64,000 bases of DNA from Alphaproteobacteria bacterium (GTDB taxonomy: Bacteria; Pseudomonadota; Alphaproteobacteria; UBA828). Every line of letters begins with the position of its first letter. The stretch's first letter is position 1. This document shows positions 48,311 to 57,985 of this stretch, piece after piece. The translations under genes and the position numbers were made by a program. The stretch covers positions 700,419-764,418 of the forward strand of contig CBDCRW010000005.1 in assembly GCA_965221125.1 (NCBI GenBank), written 5' to 3'. Under the pieces are notes generated by a model that was not told the DNA's origin, searched no databases, and saw only the letters and a list, made by a program, of their open reading frames with translations.

Positions 48311-48385
48311 TTTCTCGCTCACGGCCTGTCGCGCGCTTTTGATTCCGCGCGCCCGTGGGCGCGTCCGTGCATGCCGGACGCGCTC
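48311..48385 (+). repeat. Right copy of the 75-bp direct repeat (candidate attR)
   Basis: Matches 14335-14409 with 3 mismatches. Confidence 0.85.
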
Positions 48386-48392
48386 TGGCGCT

Positions 48393-49034
48393 TCACCCGT
48401 CGATGAGGGGCGCGAGGTCGGGGAGGCGGGGGACCACGGCGAGCGGCGCGCCAGCCGCAAAGAATTCCGGCGTGCCGATGCCGACGAAGGGAATGCCCGC
48501 CAGCGCCGCCTGCTGCATGTCGGTCTGGGAATCGCCGGCGAAGAGGGCATCGGCCGGGGACAGGCCGCGCGCCGCGAGGAACCGCGTCATGTGGACATGC
48601 TTGGGCGTCTCGCGCGTCGCTCCGTGGACCGAGGCGAGGCAGGAGGCGAGGCCGAAGCGCGCGAGCTGCCGCTCGGCTTCGTCCGCCGGCACGCCGGTCA
48701 CCACGGCAACGAGCCGCCGCGCCGCCTGCGCCACGATGAAGTCGTGGACGCCGGGGAAGAGGCCGACCGCGTCGTTGATGGCGTCGACGCGCGCGAGAAA
48801 GGCATCGACAATGCGCGCGCGGGTGGCCGCATCGAGCGCGTTCCCGGTCAGGTCCCTGTAAATGCGGTCGAATTGCGCCTCGCGCCCGCTGCCCGCATGG
48901 CGGTGGAAGCCGTCGGCGATGGCGGCACGGTCGTCGCTGTAGGGCGCGAAGGCGTCCGCGATGGCCTCCGCCTTGGGCCCCATGCTGTCGACGATCACGC
49001 CGTCGTAGTCGAGAAACAGCACCTTGACCGGCAT
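48393..49034 (-). CDS. HAD family hydrolase
   Basis: FLDYDGVIVDS, VVTG, PK and FAGDSQTD motifs. Confidence 0.9.
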   Translation of the reverse strand: MPVKVLFLDYDGVIVDSMGPKAEAIADAFAPYSDDRAAIADGFHRHAGSGREAQFDRIYRDLTGNALDAATRARIVDAFLARVDAINDAVGLFPGVHDFIVAQAARRLVAVVTGVPADEAERQLARFGLASCLASVHGATRETPKHVHMTRFLAARGLSPADALFAGDSQTDMQQAALAGIPFVGIGTPEFFAAGAPLAVVPRLPDLAPLIDG

Positions 49035-49112
49035 CCGCCGCGCTCCGCCCCCGCCGTTTGACCTCTGCGCCATAGTGCCGCAAAACCGCCCCTCTGCCGA
49101 ATGGAGTGCACG

Positions 49113-50510
49113 ATGACGGCACCCCACGAGCGGCTCCGGGCGCGCCTCGGCGACCCGGCGCTCTACCTCGACGACCCCGCCGACACGGCCCGCTACGCGC
49201 GGGACTGGATCGGCAAGTACGCAGGCACCGCGCCGCTCGTGGTGCGCCCGCGATCCACGGAGGAGGTGGCGGCGGTGCTGGCAGCGTGTGCCGAGCTCGA
49301 CGTGCCCGTGGTGCCGCAGGCGGGCAACACCGGGATGGTGGGCGGCAGCGTGCCGCGCGCGGGCGAGGTGGTTCTGAGCGTGGAACGCATGCGCGCCATC
49401 GAGGCCTTCGACGAAGCCTCGGCGACCGTGCGCGTCCAGGCCGGCGTCGTGCTGGAGACGCTGCAGAATTTCCTGGCCGAGCGGGGCTGCGACATGCCGG
49501 TGGATCTCGGCGCGCGCGGCTCCTGCCAGATCGGCGGCATGATCGCGACCAACGCCGGCGGCGTGAAGGTGCTGCGCTACGGCCACATGCGCGAGCAGGT
49601 GCGCGGGCTCGAGGTCGTGCTCGCCGACGGCACGGTGGTGAGCGGCCTCAACATCCTCAAGAAGAACAACACCGGCCTCGACCTGAAGCAGGTCTTCATC
49701 GGCTCGGAGGGGACGCTCGGCGTCATCACCCGCGCCGTGCTGCAGGTGCAGCCCGCGCCGGAGGCGTTCCAGACCGCGCTCGCCGGGCTCGCCAGCCGCG
49801 ACCTCCTGCCGGCCCTGCTGCAGGCGGCGCGCGCGCGCTTCCCCCGCCTCTCCTCGCTGGAGTTCGTCGACGGGGCGACCGTGGCCTACGTTCGCGGCGC
49901 GGACCCGGAGCTCCGCATCCCGCTCGACGGCGAACACGCGAGCCTCGTCGTGATCGAGGAGGAGTCCGGCGCAGGCGAGGCGGCGGGCGAGGCCTTCGCC
50001 GCCGGGCTCGAGAGCCTGCTGGAGGCGGGGCTGATCGCCGACGCCGTGGTCGCCGCCTCGGACGCGCACGCAAGGGCGATCTGGCGCGTGCGCGAGGCGC
50101 CGACCGAGACGGTGAGCCGGCGCGGGCTCACCCACAAGTTCGACGTGACGGTCCCGCCCGGCGTGATCCCCGCCTTCCTCGGCGAGATGGAGGCGCTGGC
50201 CGAGGGTTTTGAGGGCGTGCGCGTGGTCCTCTTCGGCCATCTCGGCGACGGCAACGTGCACGTCAACATGGCGCAGGAGCCGGGGCTCGCGGACGACGAC
50301 TTCCTCGCTATGGAGCCCGCGCTGGCGGACGCGATCTACGCCGCCGTGCACGCCCGCCAGGGCAGCATCAGCGCCGAGCACGGCATCGGCGTGATGAAGC
50401 GCGCGTACCTTTCGCTCGCGCGCTCGCCCGAGGAAATCGCGCTGATGCGCACCCTCAAGGCCGCCCTCGACCCCAAGGGCATCCTCAATCCCGGCGTGAT
50501 CCTGGAGTGA
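49113..50510 (+). CDS. FAD-binding oxidoreductase (D-2-hydroxyacid dehydrogenase/GlcD-like)
   Basis: PQAGNTGMVGGSVP, IGSEGTLG, GHLGDGNVH, SAEHGIG and DPKGILNPG motifs. Confidence 0.92.
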   Translation: MTAPHERLRARLGDPALYLDDPADTARYARDWIGKYAGTAPLVVRPRSTEEVAAVLAACAELDVPVVPQAGNTGMVGGSVPRAGEVVLSVERMRAIEAFDEASATVRVQAGVVLETLQNFLAERGCDMPVDLGARGSCQIGGMIATNAGGVKVLRYGHMREQVRGLEVVLADGTVVSGLNILKKNNTGLDLKQVFIGSEGTLGVITRAVLQVQPAPEAFQTALAGLASRDLLPALLQAARARFPRLSSLEFVDGATVAYVRGADPELRIPLDGEHASLVVIEEESGAGEAAGEAFAAGLESLLEAGLIADAVVAASDAHARAIWRVREAPTETVSRRGLTHKFDVTVPPGVIPAFLGEMEALAEGFEGVRVVLFGHLGDGNVHVNMAQEPGLADDDFLAMEPALADAIYAAVHARQGSISAEHGIGVMKRAYLSLARSPEEIALMRTLKAALDPKGILNPGVILE

Positions 50511-51251
50511 TTCCGCGCACTCGTCAGGCGCCGGCCGTCGCAGCCGGATCGTCCCGATCGGCGCAGAGTCTCGTCAACCGTGCTCGGCGATGGACGGGAA
50601 GATGGCCGCGAGGCGGTGCCTGATGTCGTGGCGTGCCAGCACGCGCGCGATGGCGGGCGCCAGGGGAACGATATCGGCATCGCGCGCCTGCCTCGGCACG
50701 ATCGAGACCAGCGTTTCGAGCCAGGTGTCCACCCGCACCTGCTCTCCGGGAGGCATGAACTTGAAGCTGCTCTCCAGCAGGCGAAGATGGTCGTAGGCCA
50801 TCTGCTGCTCCAGGGCGATCCCGGCCCTTGGCCCGTACTCGAAGTCGATCAGCCGACAGCCATCGCCAGCGTCGATCGTGTTGGCGAGTGACGCGTCCAT
50901 ATGGGTTATGGCGAGAGCGTGCAGGTCACCGAGGGCACGACTGGCGCGGACCAGCAGGTCCCAGAACGACGACGGATCCTGCGACAGCCGGTCGGACAGC
51001 CGGGGACCTGCGACGAACTCGCACATCAGCGCGTCCTCGTCGCGCCAGAGGGGGTTTGGCGTGATCCCCGCGGGGCCCGCTTCGGCATAGCAGCGCCACT
51101 CGCGCGACAGACGCTCGCCGTCGCTCAACGTGACGAAAGGCATATCGGCGGAAGGCGGTCTTCGTCGCAAATAGGGATTGCACAGGCGCAGCGCGCCCAC
51201 GGTCCCGCGCGCGTCCTTCACCAGAAACACGCTGTCACGCCCCCGCGCACC

Positions 51252-52704
51252 GATCGTGTCCCGAGGAGTGGTGTAAGAGCGTCGCGCTTTACGCGGCATC
51301 CGGCGGGTAGGGCCGGGTTATTCAGGCTGCCACAGCGGACAGCTTGATCGTGGGATTGTCGCTCAGGGGAGCGATCGATTCCAGCGTCATGTACCTCCTT
51401 CCGACGGTCCATTCGTCGTTCTGCTCGAGCAGCACGGCGCCGACGAGGCGGGTGATGGCGTCCTCGTTGGGGAAGATGCCGACGACGTTGGTGCGTCGCT
51501 TGATCTCGCCGTTGACGCGTTCGAGCGGGTTGGTCGAGTGAAGCTTGACCCGGTGCTCCTTGGGGAAGCTCATGTAGGCGAGGACGTCGTGCTGGGCCTC
51601 GTCCATGAGGGCCGCCAGCTTGGAGGCCTTGGGCCTGAGCTGGTCGGCGATCAGGCGCCACTGGGCGGCAGCGGCCTCGGCATCGTCCTGGGCGAAGGCG
51701 GTGGCGACGAAGGCGGAGACGACGCGCCGGCCCTGCTTGCCGGCATGGGCCAGCAGGTTGCGCATGAAGTGGACGCGGCATCTCTGCCAGGTGGCGCCGA
51801 GGATCCGGGTGGTGGCGGCCTTCAGGCCCTTGTGGTCGTCGGAGATCACCAGCTGCACGCCGCGCAGGCCGCGCCTGGTCAGCGAGCGCAGGAACTCGGT
51901 CCAGAAGGTCTCGGCCTCGGAGGCGCCGATCGCCATGCCGAGGATCTCGCGCCGGCCCTGGTCGTTGACCGCGACGGCCACGGTGACCGCGACCGGGACG
52001 ATGCGCCCGGCCTCGCGCACCTTCACGTAAGTCGCATCCAGCCAGAGATAGGGCCAGTCGCCTTCGAGCGGGCGGTCGAGGAAGCTGCGGATCTTGTCGT
52101 CTATCTCCCCGCAAAGGCGCGAGACCTGGCTCTTCGATATCCCGCTCATGCCCATGGCCTGAACCAGTTCGTCGACCGAGCGGGTCGATACCCCCTGGAT
52201 GTAGGCCTCCTGGATCACCGCCGTGAGCGCCTTCTCCGCCGTCCGTCGGGGCTCCAGGAAGCCGGGGAAGTAGCTCCCCTTCCTGAGCTTCGGAATCTTC
52301 AGGTCGACCGTGCCGGCCCGGGTCTCCCAAGGCCGATCGCGGTAGCCGTTGCGCTGGTTGATCCGCTCCGGCGTCCGCGCGCCATGCTCGGCGCCGGTCA
52401 GGCCCTCGACTTCCAGCTCCATAAGGCGCTGCGCAGAGAAGGCGATCATCTCACGCAGCAGATCGGCGTCAGAGCTCTTCTCCAACAGCGTCCGCAGGGT
52501 AAGCTTGTCATCGGTCATCGTGGTTCTCCTTAGGCTCGGGTCGATTCGGATTCACCCAAACCCTAAACCGGAACCGCGATGGCCACCCCGCTGTGGATAA
52601 CCGGCTTGGCGCCACCAGACTCGAGGGCGGTCGCGGCGCCAAGCCGGTTACCCACAGCTACCGGGGGTAGCGGGAGCTCCTACACCACGTCTGGGGACAC
52701 AACC
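51252..52704 (-). mobile_element. IS256 family element, copy 1 (1453 bp)
   Basis: Imperfect IRs GATCGTGTCCC / GGGGACACAACC; 8-bp TSD CGCGCACC at 51244-51251 and 52705-52712. Confidence 0.95.
51322..52518 (-). CDS. IS256 family transposase
   Basis: [29 protein letters not shown] and [15 protein letters not shown] motifs. Confidence 0.97.
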   Translation of the reverse strand: MTDDKLTLRTLLEKSSDADLLREMIAFSAQRLMELEVEGLTGAEHGARTPERINQRNGYRDRPWETRAGTVDLKIPKLRKGSYFPGFLEPRRTAEKALTAVIQEAYIQGVSTRSVDELVQAMGMSGISKSQVSRLCGEIDDKIRSFLDRPLEGDWPYLWLDATYVKVREAGRIVPVAVTVAVAVNDQGRREILGMAIGASEAETFWTEFLRSLTRRGLRGVQLVISDDHKGLKAATTRILGATWQRCRVHFMRNLLAHAGKQGRRVVSAFVATAFAQDDAEAAAAQWRLIADQLRPKASKLAALMDEAQHDVLAYMSFPKEHRVKLHSTNPLERVNGEIKRRTNVVGIFPNEDAITRLVGAVLLEQNDEWTVGRRYMTLESIAPLSDNPTIKLSAVAA

Positions 52705-53813
52705 CGCGCACCTGCCCGATGCAGCGAGACCGGACGGTCGAAGTGAGCGGACAATTGCTCGATCAGCCGCCGTTTGCGTCCCCCGATGCGCCGATTCGCA
52801 TATTCGCGGCGCAGCAAGCGCGACAGCCTCCTCACCGCGAAGCCTCCGCCCGCAACGCGGGCAGAGACTGCCTGATCCCCTCCCGTTCCTCCGCCGAGAA
52901 GAACAGGGGCAGATGACCCAACGCCTCCGCTTCGTTGTCGGTCGAGTGAATGGGGTTGTCCTTGGCGCGCGCCCCGGTCTCGCGGTGGAACCCGTCGCGC
53001 CACTCGACCTTGACGAACTGGTTGCGGTTGAAAACGAAGGGATGAACCTCGCGCTCCTCAGCCGTGGTCGGCACCGGCGCCAAGTCGAACACCACCACTG
53101 CGACGCGAGGTCTTCCGCCTCGGCGCCACTTGCCGCCACGCATGTGCCGGGCTTGGGTGAGGCGAGTCCACCAGTCGATCGCCTTCACGGACACGATGTG
53201 GAAGCGCTCTCGCAGGCGTTCGACGAACGCCTCGCTCTTGCCGTGTCTCACCGCCACTTCGCGGATCACGAAGAGGTTCAGCTCCCCCGGATGCCGGTCC
53301 TGCAGTCGAGCGTGGAAGATGGACTTTCGACCGTGGCGGAAGTCGTACTCGATGTAGGCGACAAGGCGCGCCTCGCTGACCGACAGGTCACAGGACTCGA
53401 GGTGACGGTGAAATCCCTCCAGGGTGCAGGGAACGGTGACGCCGTGTTGTTTTCCGGTCTAGCCGGATAGAAGCACGGGTTTTTTTCTCACTTTGATTGG
53501 TTGGTGGATTTCCCGGGATGGTGGCCGAGTGCGGGAAGGACGCTGCCTGCGGCATTTTTTTGATCCTCAGCAGAATCCTCATTGCTGTTGAAGCTGTGGA
53601 GCGGTGGGCGCGAGATCGGCGAGTGTGGTCAGGCGGTGGGCAAGCGCCAGCTTGTCCACGGGCTGTCCACACGGTCCGCAGGACGCCGATCGGTCCGCAG
53701 GACGCGTCCACGGCTCCACAGCTTGGCGGCGGCGGGGAGCGTCCGTAATCTTGGCCTCTCACTGAACGACAAAGAGAGGCCCGGGGGACGGAACTCCCGC
53801 CGGGCCAGGGCCG

Positions 53814-54449
53814 GTGCAGCTTCGCTACGAAACGGGGCTCACCAGCGAGGAATACGTTAAGACCGAGGCGTGGCGCGACGCAAGGCTTGAGCGCTGCCCG
53901 AATCACCCGCACGGCGGATGTTCTGTGGCAAGCCACGGCACCTACGAGCGGAAGACCCCGCCCGGCGCAAGGGTTCCTCGCTGGTATTGCCGTGAGAGCC
54001 ATACGACCATCGGCCTGCTGGCCGACTGTCTGGCGGCGCGGCTGCCGGGCACGCTCGATGCGCTGGAAGCGGTTGTTGTCGTGGCGGAGGAGGCCGGCAG
54101 CCTGGAGGAGGCAGCGGACGAGGTGCGCTGCCCCGAGGACGAGGACGCCATCGAGCTTCCCGGCGCCGTGCGTTGGATCCGCCGCAGGCTGAAGCTTGTG
54201 CACGACGCGCTTGTGCGCGTCATCGGCCTGATCCCCGACCTGCTCGCGGGCTGCGCGCCCACCATGAGCGCGGTGCGCGAGCGTCTGAAGAGCGACAGCG
54301 CGTTGATGGAACTGCGCGGCCTGGTCGCCGGGCAGCTCCGGACGCTACCCGCGCCTCTGGGCTTCCAACCCCACGGCATCGACGTGGGGAATCGCAAACC
54401 GCAGTTCCAACAACGGGCGGGGCCGGACCCGCCGCCGGAGAGTTCGTAG
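53814..54449 (+). CDS. Transposon ORF1: Cys/His Zn-binding plus HTH-like protein of unknown function
   Basis: CPNHPHGGC...HGTYERK...RWYC..SH motif; co-oriented with the transposase; GTG start. Confidence 0.65.
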   Translation: MQLRYETGLTSEEYVKTEAWRDARLERCPNHPHGGCSVASHGTYERKTPPGARVPRWYCRESHTTIGLLADCLAARLPGTLDALEAVVVVAEEAGSLEEAADEVRCPEDEDAIELPGAVRWIRRRLKLVHDALVRVIGLIPDLLAGCAPTMSAVRERLKSDSALMELRGLVAGQLRTLPAPLGFQPHGIDVGNRKPQFQQRAGPDPPPESS

Positions 54450-54494
54450 CGTGACGATCCCGGGGCCAGGGAGTCCCTGAACGAGGATCGCACC

Positions 54495-55823
54495 ATGAAC
54501 AGCTCAGACGACGACCTTCGCCAACAGATCGCGCTCTTCCGATACGACGTCATCGCCGATCTGGTGCATCTGCCCGTGGGTGCACCGGGTGCCGGCGCGA
54601 TGATGCGCGCCAAAGCCGAGAAGACCTACACGATCCCCGGAACCACCAGGACCCGGGTCGCCGCCGAGACCATGCGGCGCTGGATCAAGGACTACCGCTA
54701 CGGCGGCTTCGACGCGCTCTACCCCAAGCCCCGCACCGACCGGGGGAAGCCCCGGCGGCTGCCGCCCGAGGTCGCCGAGCGCCTCATCGCGCTGAAGACC
54801 GAGAACGACGCATTGTCGGTTCGCGCCATCATCCAGAAGGTCAAGGAGGAGGGTATCGACCACCCGCTCGCCTCGTCCACCGTGCACCGCCTCTTCAGCC
54901 GCGAGGGCCTGTTCGACAAGAAGCCGCCCGACGGGGCGGATCGCCGCCGCTTCGCCTTCCGGCATGCCGGCGAGATGTGGATGAGCGACGTCATGCACGG
55001 ACCCAAGGTCCGGCACGGCCGAACCCGGCGCAAGACCTACCTGATCGCCTTCATCGACGACGCCACCCGCGTCATCCCGTTCGCCGCCTTCGCCATGGCG
55101 GAGAACACTGCGGCGTTCCTGCCGGTGTTCAAGGACGCGCTGATCCGGCGCGGCCTCCCGGCCCGCTTGTACGTCGACAACGGAAGCGCCTACCGCTCCC
55201 GTCATCTCTCCCTGGTCTGCGCCAGGCTCGGCGTTGCGTTGATTCACGCAAGGGCGTTCCAGCCAGCGGGAAAGGGTAAGATCGAGCGCTTCTTCCGCAC
55301 CCTCCGGGCCGGCTGGCTCCGCCACCTCGGCGATGACGTCGACAGCCTGGAGGCGCTCAACCGCAGCCTCTGGGCCTGGATCGAGGGGGAGTATCACAAC
55401 AGCCCGCATCGTGGCCTCGACGAGGGGCGCACCCCGCTTGAGCAGTGGGCGCTGGCCTCGGCCGGCGTGCGCTATCCCGACGCCACCATGGACCTCGACG
55501 ATCTGTTCCTCTTCGAGGCCAGGCGCCGTGTCTACAAGGACCGCACCGTTAGTCTGAACGGCCGCGTCTACGAGGTCGACGCCCTCCTGGTGGGTCAGAA
55601 CGTCATCCTGCGCTACGACCCGGCCGCGCCGCCCTCGCGCCCTCTCGACGTGGTCCATGACGGCAAGCCGGCCGGCAAGGCCAGCCCTCTCGACGCCTAC
55701 GCCAATACCGCCGTCAGGCGCACCTACCCGGCCAGGGAGATCGAGGCCGAAGATCCGGCGCCCGAGCCTCCGCCCTCGCCGCTGGCCATGCGCAACCTCA
55801 AGGACAAGAAGGAGGACGAGTGA
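54495..55823 (+). CDS. DDE transposase (rve core with Mu/TnsB-like C-terminus)
   Basis: WMSDVMHG, IDDATR, YVDNGSAY and GKIERFFRT motifs; C-terminal RRVYKDRTVSLNGRVYEV. Confidence 0.93.
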   Translation: MNSSDDDLRQQIALFRYDVIADLVHLPVGAPGAGAMMRAKAEKTYTIPGTTRTRVAAETMRRWIKDYRYGGFDALYPKPRTDRGKPRRLPPEVAERLIALKTENDALSVRAIIQKVKEEGIDHPLASSTVHRLFSREGLFDKKPPDGADRRRFAFRHAGEMWMSDVMHGPKVRHGRTRRKTYLIAFIDDATRVIPFAAFAMAENTAAFLPVFKDALIRRGLPARLYVDNGSAYRSRHLSLVCARLGVALIHARAFQPAGKGKIERFFRTLRAGWLRHLGDDVDSLEALNRSLWAWIEGEYHNSPHRGLDEGRTPLEQWALASAGVRYPDATMDLDDLFLFEARRRVYKDRTVSLNGRVYEVDALLVGQNVILRYDPAAPPSRPLDVVHDGKPAGKASPLDAYANTAVRRTYPAREIEAEDPAPEPPPSPLAMRNLKDKKEDE

Positions 55824-56623
55824 TGTACCTGCGCCACTTCGCCTTCACCCGCCTGCCCTTCGAGACCCCGGCAGAGACCGACGAGCTGTTCGAGTCCAAC
55901 GCGCGCCGCGAGGCCGAGGCCAGGCTCGGCCACCTCATCGACCTGCGCGGCATCGGCCTGCTCACCGGCGAGGTGGGCTCCGGCAAGACCACCGTGTGCC
56001 GGCATCTGACCGCGCAGCTTCATCCAGGCCTCTACCGGGTCCACTACGTCTCGCTGACCACGGGCAACGTGCTCGACATGTACAAGGCGATCGCGTGGGA
56101 GATCGGCCTGCCCATCGAGCGCTCCCGCGCCTCGGCCTATCAGGCCATCCGAAACGAGATCTCCCGCCTCGTCACCGAGGCCAAGCAGCTGCCGGTCCTC
56201 GTCATCGACGAGGCCCATCATCTGCGCAACGACGTCCTTGAGGACCTGCGCCTGCTCACCAACTTCGCCATGGATGCAGAGCAGCGCCTGTGCCTCGTCC
56301 TCGTCGGTCTGACCGAGCTCAGGCGCCGCCTGGCCATGGCCATGCACGAATCCCTCAGCCAGCGCCTCGTCGTCCGCCACCACCTGAGCGGTCTCGACCG
56401 CGACGAGGTCGACGCTTACATCAAGCACCGCCTCAGGCTCGCGGGATGCGAACTGCCGCTGTTCGAAGAGCCCGCCGTCGAGGCCCTGTTCCAGGGCGCG
56501 CGCGGCCTGCCGCGCCAGATCAACCGCATCGCCCACTACGCGCTCTCCGCCGCCGCTCTCGACGAGGCGAGGACCGTCAGTGCCGACCACCTGCAGCACG
56601 CGCTCGAGGAACTGCGGCCATGA
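55823..56623 (+). CDS. ExeA/TnsC-like AAA+ ATPase
   Basis: MYLRHFAFTRLPF, GEVGSGKT, VIDEAHHL and GLPRQIN motifs; overlaps the transposase stop. Confidence 0.92.
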   Translation: MYLRHFAFTRLPFETPAETDELFESNARREAEARLGHLIDLRGIGLLTGEVGSGKTTVCRHLTAQLHPGLYRVHYVSLTTGNVLDMYKAIAWEIGLPIERSRASAYQAIRNEISRLVTEAKQLPVLVIDEAHHLRNDVLEDLRLLTNFAMDAEQRLCLVLVGLTELRRRLAMAMHESLSQRLVVRHHLSGLDRDEVDAYIKHRLRLAGCELPLFEEPAVEALFQGARGLPRQINRIAHYALSAAALDEARTVSADHLQHALEELRP

Positions 56624-57660
56624 CCGGCTTCCCGACCCGCGCCCCGATCGAGCTGGAGGAGCGGCCGCGCGAGCAGCAATGGCTGGTGGACACGCTATGG
56701 GGCGAGCAGGCCGTCGGCATCGTCGGCGGCGAGCCGAAGTGCGGCAAGTCCATCCTGGCGCTGGACCTCGCGGTCGCAGTCGCCGCCGGCGTCCCATGCC
56801 TGCGGCACTTCGCCCCGGCCCGGCCTGGCCCGGTCCTGCTGTTCGCCGCAGAAGACGCCGGCCACCTCGTGCGCAAGCGCCTGCAGGGGATCGCCCGCGC
56901 CGCAGGCGCCCGCTTCGAGACCCTCGACATCGCCGTCATCGACGTGCCCACACTGCGCCTCGACCATCTCGACGACCGCCGCCGCCTGCAGCAGACCGTG
57001 GAGCGCATCGCACCGCGCCTCGTGGTCCTCGACCCCCTGGTCCGCCTGCACGGCGTGGACGAGAACACGGTTGCGGACGTCGCCCCGATCCTCGGCTTCC
57101 TGCGCGACCTGCAACGCCGCTTCGAGACCGCCGTCCTCCTCGTCCACCACGCCCGCAAGAGCGGGGCCACGAGGCCGGGGCAGGCCCTGCGGGGCAGCAG
57201 TGAGCTGCACGCCTGGGGGGACTCGAACCTCTACCTGCGCCGCCGGGACCGGCAGACCCTCATGACCGTCGAGCATCGCGCCGCACGCGGTCTCGACGAC
57301 ATCGAGATCGAGCTCAAGGAAGACGGAGAGGAGCCCTCCTTCCGGCTGCGCCAGCCGCCCACGGCCGGCGGCGGGGCGCCTCAGCCCGAAACACCCGAAT
57401 GCCGCGTTCTCAAGGCGCTCGCCGACGCCGGGGCGCCGCTCTCGCAACGCCAGATCCGGGAACGCGCCGCGACCCGGCACAAGACCGTCGGCGTAATCTT
57501 GCAAAAGCTCGTCCAGGAGGGTCGCGTCGCGCGCAACGCCGAGGGCGGCTACAGCGTCGTCGCAGGCGCAGCGGACAAGCGGGCGGCGGCCGCCGCCGCC
57601 AACGGCAGCAGTCGGCCGCAGGCCCCGCGGTTCCCGGAGCCCGGTTCCGCCAACGCCTAG
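56620..57660 (+). CDS. RecA-fold RepA-like (AAA_25) helicase/ATPase with C-terminal winged helix
   Basis: WLVDTL, GEPKCGKS, AAED, VVLDPL, LVHHARK and LRGSS motifs; wHTH-like LSQRQIRE...LQKLVQEG; ATGA overlap with the upstream gene. Confidence 0.85.
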   Translation: MTGFPTRAPIELEERPREQQWLVDTLWGEQAVGIVGGEPKCGKSILALDLAVAVAAGVPCLRHFAPARPGPVLLFAAEDAGHLVRKRLQGIARAAGARFETLDIAVIDVPTLRLDHLDDRRRLQQTVERIAPRLVVLDPLVRLHGVDENTVADVAPILGFLRDLQRRFETAVLLVHHARKSGATRPGQALRGSSELHAWGDSNLYLRRRDRQTLMTVEHRAARGLDDIEIELKEDGEEPSFRLRQPPTAGGGAPQPETPECRVLKALADAGAPLSQRQIRERAATRHKTVGVILQKLVQEGRVARNAEGGYSVVAGAADKRAAAAAANGSSRPQAPRFPEPGSANA

Positions 57661-57985
57661 GGGTTCGAGCCGGAACCGCCGTCGGGAACCACCCTTCCCC
57701 AACGGTCCGGAAGGCGCTGCGCCTCCACCGGGATACTACGTCAGGTGAGCGGCCAGTCCGTGGCCGGAAGCTTGCTTCAGGCCATGGCAGCACTTCGTCG
57801 TGTGGACGGTGGCGAGTCACCCGAAGGGCCGAAGCGAAGCGCAGGAGCGGCGCAGCCGCTTGACGCGCCGACGGCCGCGCGACACCTCGTCAGCTCTCCT
57901 CAAGCACCAGTCCAAACCTCAATCAGACAGCGACCCCGGACCGCCCGCAGAGACCATGAGCTCCTACGCTTCGATCCGGAAAAGA

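Larger units (their letters stand above)
14335..48385. mobile_element. Integrative genomic island, ICE/IME-like, with no relaxase or T4SS genes visible
   Basis: Flanking direct repeats, a terminal tyrosine integrase, ssb/toprim/DUF2493 backbone genes and IS insertions; it lies between convergent core genes. Confidence 0.8.
50574..52835 (-). pseudogene. Kinase-like phosphotransferase (RIO/Kdo/APH-like fold) interrupted by IS256 (pieces 52835-52705 and 51243-50574)
   Basis: Rejoining gives an 801-bp in-frame ORF with GARGRDSVF, ITHMDASLAN and LIDFE. Its GTG start overlaps the upstream gene's TGA. Confidence 0.75.

Noticed and set aside
14335-48385. Prophage or diversity-generating retroelement
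   Set aside because: No capsid, terminase, tail or reverse transcriptase genes are visible, and the adhesin repeat differences do not look adenine-specific.
48393-50381. 662-aa minus-strand ORF as one protein
   Set aside because: Only the last 213 aa are the HAD hydrolase; the rest is antisense to the FAD oxidoreductase.
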